This document shows, in pieces, positions 17,482 to 27,200 of a stretch of 64,000 bases of DNA. The notes beneath the pieces are model-generated. The model had not been told where the DNA came from and ran no database searches. It saw nothing but the letters and a program-made list of their open reading frames with translations. Source of the DNA: Oscillospiraceae bacterium (GTDB lineage Bacteria; Bacillota; Clostridia; Oscillospirales; CAG-382); NCBI GenBank assembly GCA_022508745.1, contig JAFLUP010000001.1, forward strand, positions 3,912 through 67,911, given 5' to 3'. Within the stretch, counting starts at the first letter, position 1; the number at the start of each line of letters is the position of its first letter. Made by a program: the position numbers and the translations under genes.

Positions 17482-19383
17482 ATGGTGTGTCCTCATTGCG
17501 GGAAACCGGTTTACGACGGAAACCTGTTCTGCACCTTCTGCGGCGGAAAGTTGGACGTAGGTGCGGGAAATCCGCCGGCCGGAGGGCAGACGGAGGGTGC
17601 CGAAGATTTTACCCTCGGAAACACGCAGACGTTTTCTGCGCCGGCAACGGAACCGGTAGAACCGGCGTTTGCCGCCCCGGAGTTTGACGCTCCCAAGCCG
17701 AAAAAGAAGAGAAAATTTTCGAAAAAGGCCATCATCGCCATCGTTTCGGGGGCTGTTGCCGCGGCGCTGGTGCTGACGGTCGCGCTGAATTTCCGGAAGA
17801 TCCGCGGCTTCTTTGTCCTCACCTTCGGTTCGGACGAGGATTATTTCGAGTTCGTGGAGGAGCACGAGGCGGAGCGGTATGCCGAAACCATCGCTTCTGC
17901 CTACGCGATGCCGCTGCGTTTGCTCCGGATGGATTCCTCCGGGGAAACCACCCTCTCCTTTACGGGGAATGAGAACCTCCTTTCCGCGTTCCTCAAGGAT
18001 CTGGGGGTTGACTATAACGGCGAGCTTTCGGTTTTGAGAGAACTGCAGCTGGAGACCTCCCACAATCTCACCAAGGACGGGATGTCCGTCGGCGCAGGGC
18101 TGGTCATCTCCGGGCAGCCCATCTTAAGCGCCAATGTGACGATGGATTTCACCACGCAAACCATCTATTATTCCATTCCCGAGCTCAGCGACAAGATCAT
18201 CACCCTGCCGGGCGCCAAATTGATGAGCGGCGGCAGCGAGTTCCAGGAAACACTGGAAGTGATGCGGCAAGTCGGCGGGCTCATCCCCTCCGAGAAGGAG
18301 CTGTCAAAGCTGCTGGAGAGGTACATCGGCGTGGCGCTGGACGCCCTCGATAACGTCACAGTGGACGAAACTACGCTGGAAGTGCTGGGCGTTTCCCAGA
18401 ATTGCAGAAGGATCACCATGCGGATCTCCGAAAGGACGCTTGCCTATATCACAAAGGCGATCCTGCAGGAGGCAAAAACGGATGAGACGATCAAGAATCT
18501 CTTCCGTCAGGTCCAGAATTCCAAACTTGTGCAGTCCGCCGTCGGCGCGGGCGCGCTTCCCCCGGATGCGATCATGGCGCAGTACAATCTGCTCCTCTCG
18601 CGGATCGACGAGCTTTTGGAGGAGCTGGAGCTTGTCACGCCTTCCTCCGAGGAGTTCCTTGTCATCACCGACTATGTGGACAGCTCTCACGATGTCATCG
18701 GCAGAGAGGTCAGGACGGCGGGAGGCACCGTCTTCTCCTATGCTACCGCCAAAAACGGGAAAAACGTCGCCTCCAAAGTGGAGGTCGGTGAAAGGATCTT
18801 CCTGAGAGGGACCGGGACGCAATCGGGCAACAAGGTGACCGGCGAATATGTCCTGACCGTTTCGAACTTCCAAGAGGAGCATGAGGTCGGCCGACTGCTG
18901 CTCACCGATTTCAACGTCAAATCCTTCCGGCAGGGAGAACTGGACGGGAAGATCCGCATCGTTCCTTCCGAGGAGCTCCTTTCGTCCCTGTTCGGCTCCA
19001 GGCTGATGGCTTCCATTCTGCAGCTTTCGGCGGAGTTCGATTTCAAGACGAGCGGAGACAGCTTCGACGTGGACGTCAACCTTCTGATGGGGGACGAAGT
19101 GATGCTGGGCGTCAGCATGAAGAACAGCTTCTCCGACGGCGGTAAAGTGTCTGTTCCCCGCGGCGACCTGTTGGATATTCAGGATCGGGACGCCCCGGAG
19201 AAATTGCTCAATTCCCTGAAGCTCGATCAGCTTCGCAAGTCCCTGCGGCGCACCAAACTGCCCGCCGAGCTTCTGGATTACGTGGATGACGCGATCGAGG
19301 ACATGATCGAAGCGCTGGAAAGAGAAATGCGGTACAGCTCGTACGGCTGGGAAGATGAGGAGTACTACGGATCTTGGAATTGA
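17482..19383 (+). CDS. zinc-ribbon, single-pass membrane protein with large extracytoplasmic domain
   Basis: ATG 17482 follows GAAAGGAGAA. N-terminal CPHCG..CTFCGG zinc ribbon, a TM segment (AIIAIVSGAVAAALVLTVAL) and a ~500-aa C-terminal domain of unknown family. Confidence 0.75.
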   Translation: MVCPHCGKPVYDGNLFCTFCGGKLDVGAGNPPAGGQTEGAEDFTLGNTQTFSAPATEPVEPAFAAPEFDAPKPKKKRKFSKKAIIAIVSGAVAAALVLTVALNFRKIRGFFVLTFGSDEDYFEFVEEHEAERYAETIASAYAMPLRLLRMDSSGETTLSFTGNENLLSAFLKDLGVDYNGELSVLRELQLETSHNLTKDGMSVGAGLVISGQPILSANVTMDFTTQTIYYSIPELSDKIITLPGAKLMSGGSEFQETLEVMRQVGGLIPSEKELSKLLERYIGVALDALDNVTVDETTLEVLGVSQNCRRITMRISERTLAYITKAILQEAKTDETIKNLFRQVQNSKLVQSAVGAGALPPDAIMAQYNLLLSRIDELLEELELVTPSSEEFLVITDYVDSSHDVIGREVRTAGGTVFSYATAKNGKNVASKVEVGERIFLRGTGTQSGNKVTGEYVLTVSNFQEEHEVGRLLLTDFNVKSFRQGELDGKIRIVPSEELLSSLFGSRLMASILQLSAEFDFKTSGDSFDVDVNLLMGDEVMLGVSMKNSFSDGGKVSVPRGDLLDIQDRDAPEKLLNSLKLDQLRKSLRRTKLPAELLDYVDDAIEDMIEALEREMRYSSYGWEDEEYYGSWN

Positions 19384-19413
19384 TCGGGCGGTTTGCCCGC
19401 GGATCGAAAAAGA

Positions 19414-19445
19414 GCAGCGCTGCCCGGTTTTGCGGGCAGTGCTGC
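19414..19445 (+). terminator. stem-loop between the zinc-ribbon gene and the ABC ATPase (weak terminator or processing site)
   Basis: GCAGCGCTGCCCG-GTTTTG-CGGGCAGTGCTGC (12 bp plus one G-T wobble), followed by ATTTCGTG. The U-tract is poor. Confidence 0.35.
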
Positions 19446-19467
19446 ATTTCGTGGGAGGCGGTTTGAG

Positions 19468-20136
19468 ATGAAGATCGAAATCCGAGGGATCGCAAAAACA
19501 TACGGCCGCAAGAGCGTCCTGCGGGATGTGCATTTCACCGCCGAAAGCGGGCAGTGCGTGGGGATCCTGGGCAGCAACGGCTGCGGAAAATCCACCCTGC
19601 TTTCCATCCTTGCGGGGATCCAGAAATGCGACGCCGGCTCCTTTCTCTATGAAGGGAAGGATCTGTTTCGCTATCCCCGTCAGCGCGCCCGTCTGGTGGG
19701 ATATGTCCCGCAGGGGACGCCGCTTTTCGACGAATTGAGCGCAAAGGACAACCTGCTGCTCTGGTATTCCGGGGAGGAGCTGCGAAAGGAGCTGGAAGGC
19801 GGCTTTCTCGCTATGCTCGGGATCGGCGAGTTCCTGAAGGTACCGGTGCATAAAATGTCCGGCGGCATGAAGAAGCGGCTCTCCATCGGCTGTGCCATCG
19901 CCGGGCGACCGCCGATCCTTCTGCTGGACGAGCCCATGGCGGCGCTGGATCTGGTTTGCAAGCAGAGCATCCTCGAATACCTCCGCGCCCACAAGAAGGC
20001 GGGTGGGATCCTCCTGCTGGTGACCCACGATCTGCTGGAGTTGGAGCTTTGCGACAGCTGGTATATCATCAAGGACGGCGTGTCCGTGCCCTTCCGTTAC
20101 GATGGGAACCTGAAAACGGTGGTGGAAAGCCTGTAA
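19468..20136 (+). CDS. ABC transporter ATP-binding protein
   Basis: ATG 19468 follows GGGAGG. Walker A GSNGCGKST, signature MSGGMKKR, Walker B LLLDEP. Confidence 0.9.
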   Translation: MKIEIRGIAKTYGRKSVLRDVHFTAESGQCVGILGSNGCGKSTLLSILAGIQKCDAGSFLYEGKDLFRYPRQRARLVGYVPQGTPLFDELSAKDNLLLWYSGEELRKELEGGFLAMLGIGEFLKVPVHKMSGGMKKRLSIGCAIAGRPPILLLDEPMAALDLVCKQSILEYLRAHKKAGGILLLVTHDLLELELCDSWYIIKDGVSVPFRYDGNLKTVVESL

Positions 20137-20161
20137 GATCCGAAAAGAGGGCGGAGCCGGA

Positions 20162-21391
20162 ATGAAAAAATATCTGATCGTACAATTCAAACGGATGGCG
20201 AAGGCGCTCCCCCTCGCCATGGCGGTGATGCTTCTGCTGTTTTCCGGTCTGCTTGCCGTTCTGCACGGGCTGCTGCAGTCGCGGAGCGAGAGCGAGGAAC
20301 TCAAAAAATACGTCGTCGGCATCGTGGGAGACCCGGATAGCGCCTATATGCATCTGGGCATTTCCGCCATCAGTTCTCTGGACGAGACCCGTTTTTCCAT
20401 CGAACTGAAGCTCTTTGACGACGAGGAGTCCGCCCTGCGGGAGCTGAAGGCGGAGGAGATCTCCTCTTATTTCGTCTTTCCCGCCGGCTTTATCGAGATG
20501 GCCATGCATGGGGAGATCCTGCCCATCCGCGCGGTGGCGCTGCAGGATCCGGGCAGCTTTATCCTGCTGCTCAAAGAGGAGCTGGCGGAGGTCATCACGG
20601 AAGTGGTGGTGGAAACGCAAAAGGGAATCTACGGCGTTTCCGAAGCCCTTGACGCCAACGGGCATCATGCGCTTGCCGCCGAAAATGCCAATCGGTTGAG
20701 CGAGGAATACTTCAGGATGCTTTTCCGCCGTTCCGACCTGTATGAAACGGAGGAGCTGGGCGTTGCGGACGCGCTCCCGCTGCCGACGTATTATTTTTGC
20801 AGTTTTACCGTCTTTTTTCTGCTGCTGATGGGCTTGCCCTTCGCGGCGGTGTTTGTGAAAAAGGATCTTTCCCTGCAACGGATGCTGGCTTCCGCACGGA
20901 TTTCTCCCCTGCGGCAGACGGCCTGTGAGTATGGGATCTATACCGGCATCACGGCGGGGATGTTCCTGCTGCTGTTCCTGCTTCTCGGGCTGTTGAAGAG
21001 CCGCGTGGAGGTGCTTTCCACGCTGGGAATCTTCGATTTGCACGGCCCCCTCGCCCTTGCGCTGCTGTCGCTGCCGCTGGTTCTTCTGGCGGCGTCCTTC
21101 GGGGAGCTGCTTTTCGAGCTTTCGGGGGAACTGGTGAGCGGGATCCTGCTGCACTTCTTTGTCACCTTGGCGCTCTGCTATATCACCGGCTGCTTTTATC
21201 CGCTCTATGCCTTTCCTGCGCCCATTCAGGCGCTGGCGCCTTTCCTTCCCACGGGGGCGGCGAGATCCTATTTTGCGTCCCTGCTTACCGGGGAAAGCCC
21301 GCTTTTGCCGCTCCTGCTGCTGTCGCTTTACGCGGCAGGCTTCTTCGCTTTGACCGCGGCGGTGCGGAAGCGGAAGCTGTGCGCGGCATGA
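20162..21391 (+). CDS. ABC transporter permease (ABC-2-like)
   Basis: 409 aa. N-terminal TM helix, a large loop, then multiple C-terminal TM helices. Directly follows the ATPase. Confidence 0.7.
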   Translation: MKKYLIVQFKRMAKALPLAMAVMLLLFSGLLAVLHGLLQSRSESEELKKYVVGIVGDPDSAYMHLGISAISSLDETRFSIELKLFDDEESALRELKAEEISSYFVFPAGFIEMAMHGEILPIRAVALQDPGSFILLLKEELAEVITEVVVETQKGIYGVSEALDANGHHALAAENANRLSEEYFRMLFRRSDLYETEELGVADALPLPTYYFCSFTVFFLLLMGLPFAAVFVKKDLSLQRMLASARISPLRQTACEYGIYTGITAGMFLLLFLLLGLLKSRVEVLSTLGIFDLHGPLALALLSLPLVLLAASFGELLFELSGELVSGILLHFFVTLALCYITGCFYPLYAFPAPIQALAPFLPTGAARSYFASLLTGESPLLPLLLLSLYAAGFFALTAAVRKRKLCAA

Positions 21392-21441
21392 GCCGGACAG
21401 ACCCGGTTTAAGAGTTTTCCACACCTCCTTTTCACACATCT

Positions 21442-22575
21442 ATGAAACAGTATTTGAAATGGTTCTGGCTTCTCAATAAAAGACTGTATAAAAAGGTCAC
21501 CTTCGTGGCGCTTTTGCTGCTCATCCCCCTGCTGACGCTGTTTTTCAGCCTCTTTGCAAAAGAGAGCGGCGGGTTTGCCCATATCGCGCTGGCGGCGGAC
21601 GGGGACGACGCCGTCGCAGGGGCGGTCATCGAAGAACTGCTGGACAGCAGCGAGTTCATCCGCTTCACCCGATGCGCCTCCGCGGAGGAAGCCGTCCGGA
21701 TGGTGCGGAACGGGGAAGCCGACGGCGCATGGCTGTTCCCTTCCGATTTTGAAGAGCGCCTTGCGGCGTTTTCTAAAGTACATTCCCCCTACCGACCGGC
21801 GCTCACGGTGGTGGAGCGGGAGGCGACAGTCCCGCTGCGCCTTTCCCACGAAAAGTTGAGCTGTGCCCTATACAAATACTGCTCCCGTGCGCTGTATACG
21901 GATTATATCCGCGACGCACTTCCCGTGTTCGACGGGGCGTCGGAGGAGGAACTTCTCGCCTACTACGATGGGTTCCGGGCGGATATTGCGCTGTTTTCCT
22001 TTGAATCGGCAAGCTCTTCCGGGGAATTGGTCAAAACAAACGGATACCTGATGACCCCCATGAGAGGGCTGTTCAGCGTGGTGGTGACGCTTTCCGGTCT
22101 TGCCGCCGCCCTGTTTTTCATGCGGGACGAGCAGAAGGGGAGCTTTTCTTTCCTGCCTGATTCCAAAAAGCCGTTTGCCGCTTTCGCCTGCGGGTTCATC
22201 GCCGTGCTGAATCTGGCGGCGGTGATGCTGATTTCCCTGTACGCCGCGGGGCTGGGCATTTCGCCTCTGCGGGAGGTGGGGGCTTTGCTGCTGTTCGCGG
22301 TGAGCGGATGCCTGTTCGGGATGCTTTTGCAGCAGATCACCGGAAGCATCCGGGTTCTGTGCGCCCTTCTGCCGCTATTTGCGGTGGTGATGATCGCCGT
22401 ATGCCCGGTATTTTTCAACTTTGCAAGTCTGGAGCCGCTGCGGCTGTTCTTTCCGCCCACATACTACATTCGTTCGGTCTATCGGAACGAGTATTTCCTG
22501 TATACGGCGCTTTACTGTCTGGGAATGGCGGCCCTGTACGCCCTTCTGCGCCGGCTGCGTTGGCGGGCAGGATAG
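21442..22575 (+). CDS. ABC transporter permease (ABC-2-like)
   Basis: 377 aa with the same TM-loop-multiTM topology as the preceding gene. No obvious SD upstream. Confidence 0.65.
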   Translation: MKQYLKWFWLLNKRLYKKVTFVALLLLIPLLTLFFSLFAKESGGFAHIALAADGDDAVAGAVIEELLDSSEFIRFTRCASAEEAVRMVRNGEADGAWLFPSDFEERLAAFSKVHSPYRPALTVVEREATVPLRLSHEKLSCALYKYCSRALYTDYIRDALPVFDGASEEELLAYYDGFRADIALFSFESASSSGELVKTNGYLMTPMRGLFSVVVTLSGLAAALFFMRDEQKGSFSFLPDSKKPFAAFACGFIAVLNLAAVMLISLYAAGLGISPLREVGALLLFAVSGCLFGMLLQQITGSIRVLCALLPLFAVVMIAVCPVFFNFASLEPLRLFFPPTYYIRSVYRNEYFLYTALYCLGMAALYALLRRLRWRAG

Positions 22576-22593
22576 AGCTGCGCGTCTTTTGAC

Positions 22594-22622
22594 TTGACAA
22601 ACCGGGGAAAACCGGGTATAAT
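22594..22622 (+). promoter_or_regulatory. consensus sigma-A promoter for hom
   Basis: Exact TTGACA-17 nt-TATAAT, 39 nt upstream of ATG 22661. Confidence 0.7.
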
Positions 22623-22660
22623 ATGCTACGAGAAAAGCGAGGAAAGGTACGAGTACAGGC

Positions 22661-23704
22661 ATGAGAAAGATCGCGATCCTCGGCTTCGGCACGGTCGGCA
22701 GCGGCGTTTATGAGGTGCTGAAAGCGGCGGAGGACATTACCATTCAATATATCGTGGACCTGCGGGAGTTCCCCGGGCATCCGCTGGCAGACCGGGTGAC
22801 GACCTGCTTCGACAAGGTGCTTGCGGACGCGGAAGTCGAAGTGGTCGTGGAGACTATGGGCGGCGTGAAGATCGCCTACGACTACACCAAGCGTGCGCTG
22901 CTTGCGGGGAAGAGTGTCGTCACCTCCAACAAAGCGGTGGTGGACGCCTGCGGCGAGGAATTGGAAGCCATCGCCCGGGAAAAGGGCGTTTCCTACCTGT
23001 ATGAGGCCAGCGTCGGCGGCGGAATTCCCATCATTCGCCCCCTGCGGGACTGCTTCGCGGCGGATCGCATCCTGAAGATTTCCGGCATCCTCAACGGAAC
23101 CACCAACTATATCCTGACCCGCATGGAAGAGGCGGGCTGCACCATGGAGGAAGCGCTGGCGGAAGCGCAGGCGCTGGGCTACGCGGAGCAGGACCCCACT
23201 GCCGATATCGAAGGGCACGATGCGGCGCGCAAGATCTGCATCCTTGCCGGACTTGCCTTCGGGCGGTATATCCCGTACACCGAGGTGCGCTGTCTGACCG
23301 GCATCCGCGACGTCACCGCCGAGGACATCAAGCTGGCGGCGATTCAGGGCTATGCCATCCGTCTGCTGGGCACGGTCGAACGGGTCTGCCTCGACGGGAA
23401 AGAGCATCTCCGCCTGGCGGTGGCGCCTTATCTGGTTTCGCTGGACAGTCTGCTGCACGCGGTGAAGGGGGCGTTCAACGCCATTTCCGTCACCGGTGAA
23501 TCGGTGGGAGAAGTGCTGTTTTACGGGCAGGGCGCGGGTTCCATGCCCACGGCTTCCGCCGTGGCGTGCGACGTCCGGGAGGCGCTGTCCCGCAAACCGA
23601 TCCCATCCCTTCGCACTCCGCTGGAGGATGGCTACGTCCTGCCGGACTGCGCGACGCATCGCACCGTCACGCTTTCCAACGGGAAGACCTATTTCGCGCT
23701 GTAA
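22661..23704 (+). CDS. hom: homoserine dehydrogenase (short form)
   Basis: 347 aa. Rossmann motif ILGFGTVGSG, then LNGTTNYILT and GQGAGSMPTASAV. Consensus promoter upstream. Confidence 0.85.
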   Translation: MRKIAILGFGTVGSGVYEVLKAAEDITIQYIVDLREFPGHPLADRVTTCFDKVLADAEVEVVVETMGGVKIAYDYTKRALLAGKSVVTSNKAVVDACGEELEAIAREKGVSYLYEASVGGGIPIIRPLRDCFAADRILKISGILNGTTNYILTRMEEAGCTMEEALAEAQALGYAEQDPTADIEGHDAARKICILAGLAFGRYIPYTEVRCLTGIRDVTAEDIKLAAIQGYAIRLLGTVERVCLDGKEHLRLAVAPYLVSLDSLLHAVKGAFNAISVTGESVGEVLFYGQGAGSMPTASAVACDVREALSRKPIPSLRTPLEDGYVLPDCATHRTVTLSNGKTYFAL

Positions 23705-23807
23705 TCTTGATTTTTCTTCGGCGCTCGCGGCTTGCGGGCGCCTTTTTGTTTGCATACATTTCCATCCTTCGGGACAAACTACCGAAAAATAGACGAAAAG
23801 GGATGGA

Positions 23808-25991
23808 ATGAGCATGGAACAGGAACGGAACGAACGCCGCATGGAAGCGGTCATTCTTGCGGGAGGAATGGGCAGCCGGTTGGCGCCCATCACGGACGAT
23901 CTGCCAAAGCCGTTGGTGCCGGTCTGCGGCACGCCGGTGCTGACGCGTCTGACCGAGTGCCTGAAGAAAAACGGCTGGGAGGAGGCGCTGATGACCGTTT
24001 GCGCCCTGCCGGAGGCCTTTGACGCCTATCGGGACCCGAATCTGCGTCTGGACACCGTCAAGGGCAGCGTGCCGCTGGGGAGCGCGGGCAGCGTCCGCGC
24101 GGTTCGCGACAGGCTGGCGGATACGTTTCTGGTCATCTCCGGCGATACGGTGACGGATTTTGATCTGCGCCGCGCCTTCGACCGGCACAAAAAGGAACAT
24201 CGGCTGGCGACCATCCTGCTGACCCGCGCGGAGGCGCCGGGAGAGTTCGGCGTGGTGACGCTGGACGGCAGCCGGATCACCGGCTTTTCGGAGAAGCCCT
24301 CCTGGCGGGACACCCTGTCCGATCTGGTTTCCACCGGCATCTATATCCTGGATCGCTCCCTGCTGGAGGAGGTCCCGGAGGGGATCAAGTTTGATTTCGG
24401 GCGGGATCTGTTCCCGCAACTGCTGCGGCGGGGGATCGAGATCTGCGGCGAGCTGATGCCGGGGCATTGGTGGGATATCGGCACGCCGGAAAGCTACTAC
24501 CGCTGCTGTATGGCGCTTTCCGACGGGGAAACCGTCACCGGGCAGGAATGTCTGCTCGCACCGGGAGCGACGGTACGTGCCAGCATCCTGCACGACCGGG
24601 TCTCGGTGGGGAACGGTTCGAAGGTGGAGGGCAGTATCCTCTGTTCCGGCGTGCGCATCGGAGAGGGATGCACGGTGCCGCCCGGCTGCGTCATCGGGGA
24701 AAACACCGTGCTGGAGGACGGTGCGGTGCTGAAGGCCGGGGTGCGCCTGAAGGGCGGTCTGTTGGTGGGCAAAAACGCCTCGGTGGGGGAGCGGTACGTC
24801 TTTGGCTCCCTGACCCGCCGCTGGTTCGGGGATGAGCAGATCAAAGGCGACCGAACGGAGCTGGACAGCACCTTCTGCCTGCGTCTGGGACGCGCCCTCA
24901 AAACGCCGGGCAGAGGGATGAAGGTGGGCATCTTGCACGGCGCGTCCGCCGGAAGCCGCCTGTACGCGGAGCTGCTTTCCCGCGGGGTACAGGATGCGGG
25001 AGGCAAGGTCTGGGAGCTGGGGGACGGATTCCCGGCGGTCATCTCCTTCGCTGTGCGGCAGTACGATCTGGACATGGCGGTGTTCGTAGACCTGCGGGAG
25101 AGCGTGGGTCGGGTGCAGTTCTGGTTCTGCGACCGCAGCGGGCTGCCCCTGACGCGGGAGGTCCAGCGGGACATCGAATCCCGTCTGCGCAGCGAGCTGT
25201 ACGACAGTTGTATCACCCCCATGCCCGCCGTCTTCCCGGACGGAGAGGACCGGGTGCTTTGCCGGTACTGCTCTTGGCTGCAGGAGCAGGTCGGCTCCCT
25301 TTCCGGCGTGAAATTTTCCGTCATGCGGCGGGATGATGCGGGGGAATTCCTTTACTCCAACGCAAAAGAGCTGGGAGCGGAGGTGTCCTACGGGGATACG
25401 GAGGACAATTTCACGGTTTCCCCCGACGGGCGGCGCGCCTGCGCCTACACCCAAAGCGGCAAACCGCTGACCTACTGGCATCTGGTGGCGCTGGCGGCGG
25501 CGGAAAGCGACGAAAGCACCGTCTGTCTGCCTGCGCGTCTCCCGAAAACCGTGGAGGATTACCTGCGCAACATGGGCAAGGAGCTGCGGCTGTATGCCGA
25601 CAACCGCGACGAGGTGCGTGCGGGCATGGAGCATCACGACCTCCCCAACCCCTATGTGAACGACGGCGTGCTGCTTTGCCTGACCGTCGCAAAACGGCTC
25701 CGTCAGCGCGGTGTGACGTTGGACGAAGCACTGGCGGCGCTCCCTGCCTTCTTTGTCTGCCGCAAGGAGCTGCCGGTGGTTCCTGCCACCGAGGCTGCTG
25801 ACCGCCGGGCGTCCCGCATCGCGTCGCTGGCGAGAGGCGGTGCGCCGGATGCCTTCCCGGCGCGGGTGTTCTGGCCCTCCGGCTGCGTGACCTTCTTCCC
25901 CAACGCTTCCGGCGGGTATACCATCCTCGCGGAAGCCTCCGGCTGGGAAGCCGCAGAGGAGCTTTGCGCCGAAGCGGAAAAGTTATTATAA
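23808..25991 (+). CDS. sugar-phosphate nucleotidyltransferase fused to a PGM/PMM-like domain
   Basis: 727 aa. N-terminal ILAGGMGSRLAPIT..LPKPLVPV, hexapeptide-repeat region and a C-terminal ~400 aa with PGM-like layout. Start uncertain (ATG 23808, 23814 or 23841). Confidence 0.8.
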   Translation: MSMEQERNERRMEAVILAGGMGSRLAPITDDLPKPLVPVCGTPVLTRLTECLKKNGWEEALMTVCALPEAFDAYRDPNLRLDTVKGSVPLGSAGSVRAVRDRLADTFLVISGDTVTDFDLRRAFDRHKKEHRLATILLTRAEAPGEFGVVTLDGSRITGFSEKPSWRDTLSDLVSTGIYILDRSLLEEVPEGIKFDFGRDLFPQLLRRGIEICGELMPGHWWDIGTPESYYRCCMALSDGETVTGQECLLAPGATVRASILHDRVSVGNGSKVEGSILCSGVRIGEGCTVPPGCVIGENTVLEDGAVLKAGVRLKGGLLVGKNASVGERYVFGSLTRRWFGDEQIKGDRTELDSTFCLRLGRALKTPGRGMKVGILHGASAGSRLYAELLSRGVQDAGGKVWELGDGFPAVISFAVRQYDLDMAVFVDLRESVGRVQFWFCDRSGLPLTREVQRDIESRLRSELYDSCITPMPAVFPDGEDRVLCRYCSWLQEQVGSLSGVKFSVMRRDDAGEFLYSNAKELGAEVSYGDTEDNFTVSPDGRRACAYTQSGKPLTYWHLVALAAAESDESTVCLPARLPKTVEDYLRNMGKELRLYADNRDEVRAGMEHHDLPNPYVNDGVLLCLTVAKRLRQRGVTLDEALAALPAFFVCRKELPVVPATEAADRRASRIASLARGGAPDAFPARVFWPSGCVTFFPNASGGYTILAEASGWEAAEELCAEAEKLL

Positions 25992-26003
25992 CAACAAGGA
26001 AAA

Positions 26004-26031
26004 GGGGCGCTTTCCGCACGGAAAGTGCCCC
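26004..26031 (-). terminator. intrinsic terminator after gpsA (between convergent genes)
   Basis: 12-bp stem GGGGCGCTTTCC / GGAAAGTGCCCC with a GCAC loop. On the minus strand it is followed by CTTTTCCTTGTTGTT. Confidence 0.6.
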
Positions 26032-26039
26032 GAATCGTT

Positions 26040-27032
26040 TCAAAACTCGCTTTTCAAGCTACGGTTGAACAACTGCTCCAAAATCAGCCGCGGCTGTTTC
26101 CCGCCATACAGAATTTGATAGACGGATTCGCAGATGGGCAGCTCCACGCCGTGGAGTTCCCCCAGCCTTCGCAGCGCTTTTACCGTATGCGCGCCTTCCG
26201 CCAGCTTCTCGTAGGAGTTTCCCGTGACGACGGCCTCCCCGTAGCGGCGGTTCTGGCTGTGTTCGGAGAACAGCGTCGCTTCGTAGTCCCCCAGATGGCA
26301 CAGTCCGTAAGCGGAATGTTCCGCGCCGCCCAGCGCGGCGATCAACCTCCCGATCTCCTTGCTCCCGCGGGACATCAGGGCGCCTTTCAGTGTGGAACAG
26401 TCCAGCCCGTCCAGCATCCCCGCCGCGATGCCGATGACGTTTTTCGCAGCCGCGCCGATCTCGTTCCCCACCGGATCCGTCCCGTAATAGAACCGGATCA
26501 GATCGCCGGAAAAGGCGGAGATCAGCTCCTCCTTTGCGGATTCGCTGCTACTGTCGATCACCATGCAGTTGGGGATCCCCTTGAGGAAATCCTGCACGTG
26601 CCCGGGGCCCAGCCAGACGGCGATCCGGTTGCTGCCGTGAAGCGTTTCCTCCGCCACCTGCGAAAGCCGTTTTCCGGAAGAAACCTCCAGCCCCTTCATG
26701 CACAGGACGACGGTTTTGTTCCGCAGATCCGCTTGTGCAAGCTGTCCGCACACCGTGCGCAGGCTTTGGGAGGAAACGGAAATGACGAGATATTCCGCCG
26801 CTGCGGCTTCCTCCAATGCGGTGGACAGCCGGACGCCCTCCGGCAGGGTGAGGTAGGCGTTTTTCCCCGTTTCGGAAAGCTGTTGCAGATTTGCGGACCC
26901 CTTCCTCCCGTACAGGGAGACCCTATGCCCGATTTGATGCAGATACCATGCCAGGAAGGTCCCCCAGCGTCCGCAGCCGATGACAAAAACGTCCTTCGGC
27001 GCTGCGTTTCCCTCCGTTTTTCTGATGTCCAT
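26040..27032 (-). CDS. gpsA: NAD(P)H-dependent glycerol-3-phosphate dehydrogenase
   Basis: Start re-picked at MDIRK (27032; GGGGGA upstream); track start is 27080. Rossmann motif VIGCGRWGT. Overall GpsA-like sequence (KGLE.., NVIGIAAG, LGDYEAT). Confidence 0.85.
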   Translation of the reverse strand: MDIRKTEGNAAPKDVFVIGCGRWGTFLAWYLHQIGHRVSLYGRKGSANLQQLSETGKNAYLTLPEGVRLSTALEEAAAAEYLVISVSSQSLRTVCGQLAQADLRNKTVVLCMKGLEVSSGKRLSQVAEETLHGSNRIAVWLGPGHVQDFLKGIPNCMVIDSSSESAKEELISAFSGDLIRFYYGTDPVGNEIGAAAKNVIGIAAGMLDGLDCSTLKGALMSRGSKEIGRLIAALGGAEHSAYGLCHLGDYEATLFSEHSQNRRYGEAVVTGNSYEKLAEGAHTVKALRRLGELHGVELPICESVYQILYGGKQPRLILEQLFNRSLKSEF

Positions 27033-27140
27033 ATTGTCCCCCGATCCGTTTTTTCTATAAGGATAGAAAGATCCTATCACATACCGCCTTCGGTTTTTGT
27101 CGAATGACGGCGGCGCGAACGGGTTCTTTCCCGATAAAAA

Positions 27141-27172
27141 GGCAGGGACGCTTCCCGGTGAAGGGCCCTGCC
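27141..27172 (-). terminator. intrinsic terminator after the PfkB kinase gene
   Basis: GGCAGGG...CCCTGCC stem. On the minus strand it is followed by TTTTTAT. Confidence 0.7.
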
Positions 27173-27200
27173 TGTTCGCTATGGGATTTTGACGTGCGCC

